Shown here: positions 12,167 to 23,515 of the stretch, piece by piece
Layout: each line of letters starts with the position of its first letter
Numbering within the stretch: position 1 is the first letter of the stretch
From: Okamejei kenojei
Lineage: Eukaryota
Assembly (NCBI GenBank): GCA_035221665.1
Contig: CM069140.1
Coordinates: 28,768,001-28,832,000, forward strand
DNA: 64,000 nt
Reading direction: 5' to 3'
Translations under genes and position numbers: made by a program
Notes under the pieces: model-generated
Database searches by the model: none
What the model saw: the letters and a program-made list of their open reading frames with translations, nothing else
Told to the model about the DNA's origin: nothing

Positions 12167-12506
12167 NNNNNNNNNNNNNNNNNNNNNNNNNNNNNNNNNN
12201 NNNNNNNNNNNNNNNNNNNNNNNNNNNNNNNNNNNNNNNNNNNNNNNNNNNNNNNNNNNNNNNNNNNNNNNNNNNNNNNNNNNNNNNNNNNNNNNNNNNN
12301 NNNNNNNNNNNNNNNNNNNNNNNNNNNNNNNNNNNNNNNNNNNNNNNNNNNNNNNNNNNNNNNNNNNNNNNNNNNNNNNNNNNNNNNNNNNNNNNNNNNN
12401 NNNNNNNNNNNNNNNNNNNNNNNNNNNNNNNNNNNNNNNNNNNNNNNNNNNNNNNNNNNNNNNNNNNNNNNNNNNNNNNNNNNNNNNNNNNNNNNNNNNN
12501 NNNNNN
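12167..12506. other. Assembly gap (N run) next to a (CA)/(TA) microsatellite
   Basis: 340 N. Confidence 1.
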
Positions 12507-15459
12507 TATTATATTGTTTGCAGAGTACTGTGTCTACATATTCTGCTGTGCTGCTGCAAGTAAGAACTTCATTGTTCTGTTTGGACACATGACAAAAATA
12601 CACTTGGCTCTTGACTTGAAGTGTGAGAGAGTATTCGGAGACATGTCAGAGACATGTCAGAGCTCCTCAAACTTGTGTGGAAGTCGAGGTGTTGACAGTC
12701 TTTCTTTGCAATTACATCAGTGTGCTGTCCCAGGACAGATCATCAGGTTTAGGCTTAGGTTTATTGTTTATTGAGGTAGAGTGAGGAGATTTGTTTTGCA
12801 CACTATCCATTCTGATCAGATGACACCATACATAAATACAATCATCAAACTCACGTATAATAGGAAGAGCAAAGGGGAAGATACAGAGTTAATCTAGTTC
12901 TCAGCACGTGCGTGCCCAGGAACATGAAGTGGTTGATACGCTCCATGGCCATCTCACCAGGTTCACCGATCCTCAGCTTTCCTTTCCTGAAAAGATGAGA
13001 TAAGATGAGGCTACTTTTATTAGGTCGGAGGATTTAAGAAGAGCAATATTCTCTAACTTCCATGGAGAATGAGGGATGACCTTATTGAATGATGGCCTTA
13101 TTCAATGATGATCACCTTATTCAACAAGCGATGACCTTATTCTGAGATAATTTCTGAAGGGGGCTTGACAGACTAGGAGTTGGGATGCTTCAACTAACAG
13201 CAGTGTCTTGAACAAGGAGACATAGTAACAAGAGAAGGGGACATTCATTTAAAACTAAGGTGTCTTAATATTTCTAACCAGGGTGGTGGATCTTGGAATT
13301 CTCTGCCCCGGACTGTGGTGGAAGCTGGATCACTCAAAGGTATTTAAAGTTGGACGTGTATCAATATTTGAACGATGGAGGATTGGAGAGGTCTGGAGAA
13401 ATCTGGAGAGTTGAGACCAGCGTAGATCAGACACAATCATGTTCAATGGTGAGACCAGTCTGAGAGGCCTGACAGCCAACTTCATTGCACACGTATTCTG
13501 TGAGGTCTGATCAAGCTGGAGAGTGTTGAAAGGGCTGGCAAACAGCAACATAAATTATATATATTCACCAATACAACAAGCAAGTCTCATGAGGAATAAC
13601 AATAAGCAGCGAATACTGACTATTACATTGGGTTATTAGTTTGTCATTGTCCCATGTACTGAGGTACAGCGAAGACTTTGTTTGTGAGCTATTGAGTCAA
13701 ATCATACCAGAGATAGACACAAAATGGTGGAGTAACAGCTGGTCTGGCAGCGTCCCTAGAGATTAGGAATAGGTGACGTTTCAGGTCGAGACCCTTCTTC
13801 AGCATCATACCATACACAATACAATCAAACCATACACCAGTCCAACTGGTATTGCCAAGAGAAAACATACCAGAGTGCAGAATATAGTATTACAGCATTG
13901 TAGCCTTTCTGGAATGCCCCAACACGGCACCACTGACGGTGATGTGTCAGTCCAGATTATATTACGTTCTCTCATCGGACCTGGTTGGGGAAAGCATGGT
14001 ACCTCCTTTGTGTATCTACAATACTCTGTGTAATGATCAAAGATAATAAACAAAACAAGTCGTTAACTGGATAAAGATCTTGTCCCAGAAGAGCGAAAAC
14101 AAGCATAATCACATAATATATTCTGAATATTTAAATAAATATTACCATCTCATTAACACATTTGCAAATGGAGAATGGAGTACAGTAGAAGAGGCCTTTT
14201 GCAAGTGCACAGAATCAAAATGTCACCTATTCTTTTTTTCCGGAGATGCTGGCTGACCACTTGAATTACACCAGCATTTTGTGTCTATCTTTGGTGTAAA
14301 CCAGCATCTGCAGTTCTTTCCTCCACACATGCCTTCCACAGTGCACAGAGAAAGGATAAAGGGTACATCATTTAGTGCAAGATTTCCCTCTACTTTTAGA
14401 ACCTGTTATTTCTTCTCAGTCTTACATGCTTTTGATGCTGTTCATTACAACACTGTGGAGGCACATTTACCATATCGAGTGATTTTTGTGTGCTTATGGA
14501 CAAAATTTACATGAAAGTCTGTAAATATGAATATGGGTCTTTACCCACACTGGGCCTCTGTGTAGAGTCTCGGTTAGAAGCGATGTAGAGTATGATGGTC
14601 TGTTCAAGTTTAATAGACATGTAAGCAACAGTCCATGGAGAAAAGCTTTATAAACACTCGGCCCCTTGATCTTGCTCTGCTGTTTAACATAACAGGTCGA
14701 CTGTCAGTCTGGACATGGCTGCAATGCATTTGCTTCCCCAGAAAACCTTTCACCCCATACGTAAGAGAAACCTATGTCCCTCTGCCCTCCAAAATCATTT
14801 TTTATTGCCCTAGGATGAAGAGATTTATAAAGTCAAAACCCAGAGAGAGAAAAGAAAATCCCTCTTAGTTTTAGATTCTCACATAAGGAAAACCATTGCT
14901 CTCTACATCCAGCCTCGGCATCTTCAGTCCCCATCGTTCCCTCTCATTCTTCTAGACTCCAGCAGAAACAAGCCTAGTCTGGCCAACCTTTCATTATAAG
15001 ACAATCGCTTTTCTGGGTATTAGCCGAGTAAACTTTCCCTGAACTGCAGCCACTGTATTAACATTCTTCCTTAAATCAGTGAGTTTAAGAGGACGAGCTG
15101 TCAGTGAAGAGTGAACCTGGCTCTTAAGTAGCTGAGCGGTGACGTGGCTGAACTCTTTAAGTTTATGGTGGGGTTGATGGCGAGACAATATCGAGAGTGT
15201 AAACCTCAGGGCTATAAACACGAGAAGGCCATCAATCAGCGATTCAGAAGGATTTGTGGTGAGAATGTAAAACTCACTACCACATGGAGAAAGAAAAGCA
15301 GAAATACGTTCAAGGGAAATGGAATCACGGTGTGATTGTACTTGATGCAGGAGAGGGAGGGAGGCAAGCACTGGGCAATGATGACGTCGGTCTCAGCTCT
15401 CAATATCATGCTACCACCATTGTTTCCATCTCCGACCTATGACATATTAAATAAAACCT

Positions 15460-15688
15460 CAGATAGACACCAAATGCTGGAGTAACAGCGCGTCAGGCAG
15501 CACATCTGGAGAAAAAGAATAGGTGACATTTCGGGTTGAGACCTGGGGACTTACTCTCAGTCTGGAGAAGAGTCTCGACCCAAAACGTCACCCATTCTCT
15601 TCTCCAGAGGTGCTGCCTGACCCGCTGAGTTACTCCAGCATTGTGTCTATCGTCGGTGTAAACCAGCGTCTGCAGTTCCTTCCTGCAC
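15460..15688. mobile_element. Penelope pLTR-derived foldback element with 14-bp TSD
   Basis: TSD attaaataaaacct at 15446-15459 and 15689-15702; inverted arms; degenerate hammerhead core at about 15561-15590. Confidence 0.85.
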
Positions 15689-15924
15689 ATTAAATAAAAC
15701 CTTGGTGGATAAAGATGCGTGAAATCTTGAGGGGAATGGACAGGTTGATTGCAGAGAATCTTTTCCGCAGGGTAGGGGAATCCAGAACTAAAAGGCATCG
15801 ATTTAAAGTGAGAACGAGAAGATTTAATGGGAACCAGGGGGACAACTTTTTTACAGGGTGGGTAGTGCGTGTACGGAAGCATTTGAGGTAGGTTCATTTG
15901 AGGTAGGTATATTTTTTGAGAGAT

Positions 15925-16224
15925 ATACATTGGAAACAGGCACCTCATCCCAGCCACGCCTCACTGACCATCCATCACCCGTTCACACTAGTTCTATGTT
16001 ATCCCACGTTCTCATCCACTCCCGACACAGTTGGGGCAATTTACAGCGGCCAATTAACCTACAAATTCACACGTCTTTGGAATGCTGGAGGAAACCGGAG
16101 CACCCGGAGGAAACCCACGCCCTCACAGGGAGTACGTACAAACTCCACAAGGACAGCACCCAAGATCGGGACTGCACCTGGGGACCTGTCGCTGTGAGGC
16201 CGCAGCTCTATGAGCTGTGCCACT
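15925..16224 (-). mobile_element. HE1-like V-SINE inserted in a CR1 3' fragment (15705-16365)
   Basis: CR1 sequence resumes after the SINE. Confidence 0.8.
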
Positions 16225-16472
16225 CTCTTTAAAATACAATACAAAGGTTTAGAGGGAGATGATCCAAACATTGGCAAATGGGGCCAGCTTGGATGGGGCA
16301 TCAAGGTTGTCATGGACGAGTTGGGCCGAAGGTCCTCTTTCTCTGCTCAATGATTCTATGACTCTAGCTTACTCTGCAGCCAACTAACGCCATAATGTTT
16401 AGATGCAGAATGGATTATCGCTCAGAATAGCCCAGGTTGGCAACAGTGGATAGTCCATCTCTTTTATCCACT

Positions 16473-16639
16473 AAAGTTAGACACAAAATGCTGGAGTAAC
16501 TCAGCGGGTCACGCGGCATCTCTGGAGAAAAGGAATAGGTGACGTTTCGGGTTGAGACCCTTCTTCAGAAGCTGCTGACCTGCTGCGTTACTTCAACATT
16601 TTGTGTCCATGTCCAGTGTCTGCAGTTCCTTCCTACACA
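16473..16639. mobile_element. Penelope pLTR-derived foldback element with 13-bp TSD
   Basis: TSD tcttttatccact at 16460-16472 and 16640-16652; minus strand ctgaagaagggtctcaacccgaaacgtcac. Confidence 0.85.
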
Positions 16640-16704
16640 TCTTTTATCCACTGGTTAGCTGTGGGCTTTCAACTCCAGCAGTTAAAAGCCCACACATCCA
16701 GGAG

Positions 16705-17082
16705 TTCCCCCCCGCCAGGGGAACCATGTAATCTCGTGCTACCTGCTCCATGGTCGGATAGTCGGTGACTAAACCGTCTCCCCCACCTGGTTTGCCAGGT
16801 GCGGACCCCCAGCGGGACCAAAAACATGACCTGTCAAAGGGCGGATGAGCTTCTAGCGAGCCAACGGCCATCCACACGTCAGTAGAAGTTGCGATCACCG
16901 TTGTACTTAGCATTGTAAGGAATGATGATAAAGCACACACACCAAAATCCGATACTTCCAGCGGCAGAAATCCACAGGAACTGGAGGACAGAGATGTGTG
17001 GTGCCTCCGTCACCGTTCCCGTCGGAAACCAGCACCACTGCGTAGCAAATGTTTTCAACAATGATGAATGAATGAATGAATG
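16705..17082 (+). mobile_element. Short non-coding retroposon with (ATGA)n tail, possibly RTE-dependent
   Basis: GC-rich hairpin-containing 5' part and tandem tail atgaatgaatgaatg; no tRNA boxes seen. Confidence 0.5.
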
Positions 17083-17092
17083 AGACACTGCT

Positions 17093-17290
17093 TGTATAGG
17101 AAGGAACTACCAATGTTGGTTTAAACCAAAGATAGACACCAAAAGCTGGAGTAACTCAGCGGGGCAGGCAGCATCTCTGGAGAGAAGGAATGGGTGATGT
17201 TTCGGGTCGAGCCCCTACAGAAGGGTCTCGCTCCGAAACGTCACCCATTCCTTCTCTCCAGAGATGCTGCCTGTCCTGCTGAGTAACTCT
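17093..17290. mobile_element. Penelope pLTR-derived foldback repeat
   Basis: Inverted arms ...ggagagaaggaatgggtgatgtttcggg / ccgaaacgtcacccattccttctctcc... Confidence 0.8.
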
Positions 17291-18081
17291 GCCTGTCTGA
17301 CTCTAAAGTGGATGCACAGTGAGTGTTTTTTTGTCTCTTTGTTGGATGATGGGTGCACATACCTGGTCCAAAGCTTTAAACTTCAGCATCAAGTTGACGG
17401 GTGGCGTGCGAACCAATTCTTTGTTAATTTCCCCTCAACTGCTCATAGTCAATGTTAGAATGACAATTATTTGGATCATTGCCGAACTCATCTCTAACAT
17501 TTATTAATGGTTGGGGTTTAAGTGACAGTTGATTGTTAATGTTGAATGATTTTATAGCAAGATTTAATGAGTGGAGTAATTTAACAATGGAACACCCATG
17601 ACATAACGTAAGGTCCATGTTGTTAATTGGCACAAAGCAAATGATCTGTTTCTTTGATTCTCAGCGTCAAAGAGAGAACTATTGAGTCAGACAGCTTAGA
17701 AATAGGCCCTTCAGCCCACCATATCCTTGCCAGCAATTGTATCCATCCAAACCTACCCCATATATTAAGTTTTGTTTTTCTCCAGAGATGCTGCCTGACC
17801 TGATGAGTCACTCCAGCACTTTGTGTCTACCTTCGGTATATACCAGCATTTGTCGTTCTTCCCCCTGCCTCCCCCCAACCCCCCATCAGTCTGAAGAAGG
17901 GTTTCGGCCCGAAAAGTTACCTATCTCCTTCGCTCCGTAGGTGCTGCTGCACCCGCTGAGTTTCTCCAGCATTTTGTGTACCTTTGCCGTTTCTTTCTTT
18001 GCACTAGTTGTATGTTATCCCACTTCCGATTCTGCATCTCAGAGAGGGATAAGAGGTGTTGAGGGAAGGTGGCTCAGGTTG

Positions 18082-19077
18082 TAGGTATGTTACAAAACTT
18101 ACCTTCAGCGGCGCTGCAGTGCTGTCACTGGCCATTTTCTTCAGACTATTCAAATCGATTTTGAGCAGGCTGTTTAGTTGCTGAAGAAAAATCGCTTCGA
18201 CTGCCGTTTTATTAAGTTTATTAAAAATTAGCGTTGGATAATTTAATAGCAGGAGTGAAATTAAAATCATCTTCTAACGCCATCAACGCTGACAACGGGA
18301 CGGATCTCGCGTCGGGGACAAGGCAAGGTGCACCGTTTATTTTTTCATATAAACTTGCTTCTCAGGATGCCTTTAATCAAAATTTCACGTTGCGAAAAGG
18401 TGACTTAGGACCCATACGAACCGGCAGTATTTTTCCTGCCGTTATGGGGTTTAAATTCACCGCAACCGCAACGTTCCAAACGATCGTGTTCCACAAAATC
18501 CCACTCACAAGATGATTAAAATGGCCATTAATTTACGGGAATTAAACACTAAATTCCTTCCATTTGGCCTATAAATTGATGACAATGAGATTAAAAAATC
18601 ATGTTATATTGTGAATTCATGTGTGAATGTTATTTGGACACTTAGGCTTTTTAAAAATGTTAACCTTTTCTTAAGAAATGGATAGATGTTTAGATCTAGT
18701 AATTGAATTTTGTAATTAGCTACAATTAGGTAACTAACTAATTATATGCTTTAATTTCAGGTCATCCAAGTAAGATTGTTTCATATTTGTTTCAGAATGC
18801 TGCAATCTATAATAACTGAAAATTCCATTCAGTTCTCTTAATTTTTAAGAAAGTTTTGGGCTTTTGACTGTCCTTGATCACAGCTTTTGTGTTAAGTCAA
18901 TGGAAAAGCAATGGGGAACAAGATGCTAATTTCCGAGTATGAAAATGGCCATAACTTTTTTAATACTGAAGATATGAAAGTGAATTAGGTGTCAAGTTAA
19001 ACTTATTTTTATGCTTTAACTGATGGGATAAATTGCAGACTTGATTTTTTAAATCTCATAATTTTGTAACGTTGCTA
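18082..19077. mobile_element. Non-autonomous DNA transposon (imperfect 16-bp TIRs, 7-bp TSD), superfamily unassigned
   Basis: Left taggtatgttacaaaa versus right (reverse complement) tagcaacgttacaaaa, 13/16; caggttg duplicated at 18075-18081 and 19078-19084; AT-rich non-coding interior. Confidence 0.8.
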
Positions 19078-19219
19078 CAGGTTGTGCTCCCAGGCAGTAT
19101 TCCAGGGCCTGGGTCCAACGAATGCTTCCGGCTGAGTGGGAGCTTTCTTTTGAATGCTATCCAGTCAAATCAGATAATACTATACATAAGCACAATCTAG
19201 CCAAACTCAAGCACAATAG

Positions 19220-19420
19220 GTGGGGGCAGCACAGTGGAGCAGGGGTAGAGTTGCTGCCTTACATCGCCAGAGTCCCGGGGTCGATCCTGAATATGGGTGC
19301 TGTCTGTACCACGTGGGTTTTCTCCGAGTGCTCCGGTTTCCGCCCACATTTGTAGGCTAATTAGCTTCGGTAAAATTGTAAATTGTCCCTAGTGCGCAGG
19401 ATAATCCGGATGTACTGGGT
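19220..19420 (+). mobile_element. HE1-like V-SINE (deleted)
   Basis: tRNA head and partial V-domain. Confidence 0.75.
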
Positions 19421-20094
19421 GAACAAATGAATGAAAGACATGCAAGAAGCAACGATGATCAAGGAGAGGTGGAGCCCACAATGGCCCGTTGTTGACTATG
19501 AGGAAGGTAATCCCCTCTGGGACCAGCATGCAAAGAGTTGCCTTGCTCCAGCACCATCTTTGCTAATCTTTTTCGGTTCAGCAGCACCATGTCTGTGCAC
19601 CTTTTGAAACTAGAGATGGATGTTGGTTCCTCTGTACAGGACGCAAGCGTCACAGACGAGGTTTGTCATGGCAACCGTGGCGGATTGTCGAGGAGGGTAC
19701 GAGACTCACTTAAGTTGGGTGACTGCTTTGTGAAGTCATCGCCAGCAGTCCCCTTCAATGCCTGGCCTGCCCTTCTAGGACCACTGGTCCCAAATGGGTT
19801 TTTAGGCTAAAGAGCCCACCGGGGTTTTGAAATTTAAATGATGTGTTTCTTTGATTCTTAGCGTCAAAGAGAGAATCATTATGTCAGACAGCTTAGAAAT
19901 AGGCCCTTACCTCACACCACAGGTGTAGAAATGCTACCTGAGCAACTGATATGGCGGGAAGGAGCGATCCGTGTGACACATTTGGAGATTATGATGACAC
20001 AGTTAGAATAGGTGGGGCAGTAGTCACAGCTTCACTCGTGGCATGTGAATGCATGCTCACCATTTCTAAATAAACTTATCCTCGTAAGTTCATA

Positions 20095-20360
20095 ATTTCA
20101 TAAGTTATAGAAGCGGAATTAGGCCATTCGGCCCATCAAGTGTCCTCCGCCAGTCAATCATGGCTGATCTATCTTTCCCTCTCAACCCCATTCTCCTGCC
20201 TTCTCCCCATAACCCCTGACACCCGTACTAGTCACGAATTTGTCGATCTCCACCTTAAAAATATCTATTGACTTGGCCTCCACAGCCGTCTGTGGCAATG
20301 AATTCCACGGATTCACCATCTCTGACTAAAGATATTCCTCCTCATCTTTCTAAAGGTATG
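20095..20360 (-). mobile_element. CR1 LINE 3' end
   Basis: aggccattcggccc hairpin; collinear with the 7835-8100 copy. Confidence 0.85.
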
Positions 20361-21737
20361 TCCGTTTATCTTCTCGTCTTGTGTCACAGAAGGAGGTTAT
20401 TCAGCCCATTGAGTCCATGCTGGATTTCTGGAGCAATCCCATCAGCTCCATCCGCCCCTTTGATTCCTAGTACCCCCGCAATTTATTTTCTCTCACAGGC
20501 CCATAAAATCCCCTTGTTGCCATTAATTTACAGCAGCCAAGTCACCTGGCGGACAAACAAAGTGCTGGAGTAATCAGCGGGTGTGTCTAAAGAAGCCTCC
20601 CAAACAGAAACATTACCTATCCATGTTCTCTAGAGATTCTGGCTGACCCTGCTGATTACTCCAGCACTTTGTGTCTTTTTGTGTAAACCAGCATCAGCAG
20701 TTCCTTGTGTCTACAAACTAACACCCGCAGGTCTTTGGGATGTGGGAGGAAACCGGAACACGCATGCGGTTACAGGGAGAACGTGTAAACTCCACACAGA
20801 CAGCACTCGAGGTTAGTATGGAATTTGTGTTTCTGGAGCTCAACTAGATGTGAGTAATGAGGGAATGCATGACGTTGTTCAACTCTAATTCCCTTGATGG
20901 GATTTTAAAGCGCTTGAAATCCCATTCTGTGAAATTTTACATTTACACATCACTAACATCAGTCAGGTGGCAAGTCTACCAATTTTCATTGGAAAGGAAT
21001 TTTGGAAGTTTTGGAAGTATTTTGCGTGGTGTTGGAAACACTTAAAATGTGGCATCCACGGCCTGAAAGAGCAGTTCAGGGCACCGACAACCACTGTGAA
21101 AAACAGAGCCACAGGGCTCTTGGTTGCTCAGTTTTTAAGCGTTACTCAAAACTCAAGCTGTGGCAAACATTCCAAATATTGAGAATTACTTCAAAATTCC
21201 TCTTTTAAGTAAAAATAACATCTTTGAATGACTGAACATGATGTAATGATTTATAGAGTTTCAGCCGGTCTTTAAGTAAATTGCTTTGGTCTTTCACACA
21301 TTTGGCATACTCGCTACATGACACCTTTAAGAGTGCTTTTGTTTCCGTCTGTCGAAGGGTTTGTTTAAGAGCTGCCATTTCAGAGTGACTCATCTCTGAA
21401 GCGTTTTTGTAGCAGTCAGTCCAATCTGTTGTGATTGATATAAGACTCACTTTAATCAAATGCATGTCACTTATTCTTCTGTAATGAGGGAAGCTGTATG
21501 AATACAATGTCGCCATTAAGCACAGCATCTAATTAATTACCTGGAGGCATTAATTACTATAGCATCATCCAACTTGATAGAAATTAAAGAATATGGATTT
21601 TTTTCTTCTCCCCTGTTAGTTGATGGTGACTTTGCAAGGAAATTATCTTGTTTCTGGAATTTTTTAAACTGGCTCCCAAAAAGTAATGGTGATGTAGGCT
21701 ATGGAATTAAACAGGGAATGTGAGATGAATGCAACAA

Positions 21738-22415
21738 AGGTTTCAAAGGTCTTTTATTGTCACATGTACTAATTAAGCTACAGTGATATGCGAATTACCA
21801 TACAGCCATACGAAAGAAAAAGCAACAAGACACTCAACTACATAACAGTTAACATGAGCATCCACCACAGTGTATTCCCCACATTCCTCACTGTGATGGA
21901 AGGCAAAAAAGTCCAACCTTCTTCCTCTTTATTCTCCCGCGGTCGAGGCAGTTGAACCATTGGGGCTGGGCGGTCGAATCTCCCGCGTCGGGGGGAACGA
22001 AACTCCTGCGTCGGGGCGGTCAAAACTCCCGTGGCTTGGAGTTCCCGAAGTTGGTCTCTGACCAGAGCCCGCGAGCTTTGTGATGTTAAGTCCGCAGGCA
22101 CCCACAGTTGGAGCACCGAGGTCGATCCCTGGCAAAGGGATCGCGGGCTCCGCGATGTTAAAGTTCCGTAGCTCCCCGCGGTGGAGCTCTCAAAGGTCAG
22201 TCTCCGGCAAAGGCCGGAACTCCTTGGTGTTAGGCCGCAGTGGGGATGGAGATATGACACGGAAAAAAATCGCATCTCTGTCGAGGTAAGAGATTATAAA
22301 CAAATTCCAACATAAAACAAGCTAAAGAACACTAAAAACATACATCTAACACATACCATTAAAAGGGACAGACAGACAGTTGGAGAGGCAGCCATTTGCT
22401 GGCGCCACCTGGTGG
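21738..22415 (-). mobile_element. Non-coding GC-rich retroposon with Rex1-like tail (copy B)
   Basis: Shares gccttccatcacagtgaggaatgtggg and tcttacctcgacagagatgcgattttt motifs with copy A; acatgtgacaataaa tail. Confidence 0.7.
22402..22415 (-). promoter_or_regulatory. CTCF core motif match
   Basis: Minus strand CCACCAGGTGGCGC matches the CTCF core consensus; binding not shown. Confidence 0.45.
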
Positions 22416-22509
22416 TGGGAAATGTGTGGAGAAAACTGGTGCACCCGGAGAAAACCCATGCGGTGCAAATAATCTACACAAACAGTAAATTGGCCAGACC
22501 GGATTAATA

Positions 22510-22935
22510 GGGGGCGGCACAGTGGTGTAGCGGTTGAGTTGCTGCCTTACCGCACCTTGTTTCTATGAAGGCAGGCACGGGTTATTGATTGGGGACGATC
22601 AGCCATGATCACAATGAATGACGGTGCTGGCTCAAAGGGCCGAAGGGCCTCCTCCTGCACCTATTTTCTATGTTTCTATGAGACCTGGATTCAATCCTGA
22701 CTACGGGTGCTGTCTGTACGCAGTCACATTTTTTCCCCATGACTGCGTGGAATTTCTTCGGGTGCTCCAGTTTCCTCCACACATTTCAAAGACATGCAGG
22801 TGTGTAGTTTAATTGGCTTCTGTAACTCATATCTAGTGAATAGGATAGAAGTAGTTTATGGGTGATCGCTGGTTGGCGTCGACTCGGTAGACCGAAAGGC
22901 CACGCTGTGTCTCTAAAACTAAAACTAAACTAATA
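22510..22935 (+). mobile_element. HE1-like V-SINE interrupted by a CR1 tail (about 22567-22680)
   Basis: Head 22510-22552, CR1 tail flanked by tgtttctatg repeats, B box resumes at 22686. Confidence 0.8.
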
Positions 22936-23249
22936 ACATTACGGTAAATCTTGGAGGGTTCGTTTCATGTGTTGAATCAAGAGTGAAGTCGTTGAATCAA
23001 AAGCCAGGATCCAGAGACTGAAAAAAAGGGAACTTGGAGGGAAGGAAGAGGGTAATTGGGCAACTAGTTTGAATGTGGTATTGGGCGACAGGCAATGTAA
23101 TGTATTTAAAGAGCACATGTATGAATAGCAGCAATTATTCAATTGTGACTGGGGCACGTGTGGGGTCAGTACAAATTGTGTCCCTTGAAATAAATTGGTG
23201 ATGGTATTCAATCCAGACTTGCCAGGAAAAAGCAGCAGGTCGGATCATA

Positions 23250-23515
23250 AGCCCATATGTTCTAGGAGCAGAATTAGGCCATTTGGCCCCTCAAATCTGC
23301 TTTGTCATTCAAACATGGCCGATCTATCTTTCCCTCTCAATCCCATTCTCCCGCCTTCTCCCCTTAATCCCTGACACCCGTACTAATCAAGAATCTGTCA
23401 TTCCCCGACATAAAAATATCCATTGACTTGGCCTCCACAGCCATCTGTGGCAATGAAATCCACAGATTCAACACCCTCCGACTATAGAAATTCCTCCTCA
23501 TCTCAGTTTAAAAGG
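23250..23515 (-). mobile_element. CR1 LINE 3' end
   Basis: Collinear with the other CR1 tails. Confidence 0.85.

Noticed and set aside
12028-12774. Long ORFs in the ORF track (also 43412-43652)
   Set aside because: Artefacts of N runs and adjacent microsatellites
16715-16782. Second HDV-like ribozyme
   Set aside because: P1-like and hairpin elements exist, but no P2 partner or canonical L3 could be placed
21205-21528. 107-aa minus-strand ORF as a host exon
   Set aside because: No recognisable domain, non-ATG start, no convincing exon partners
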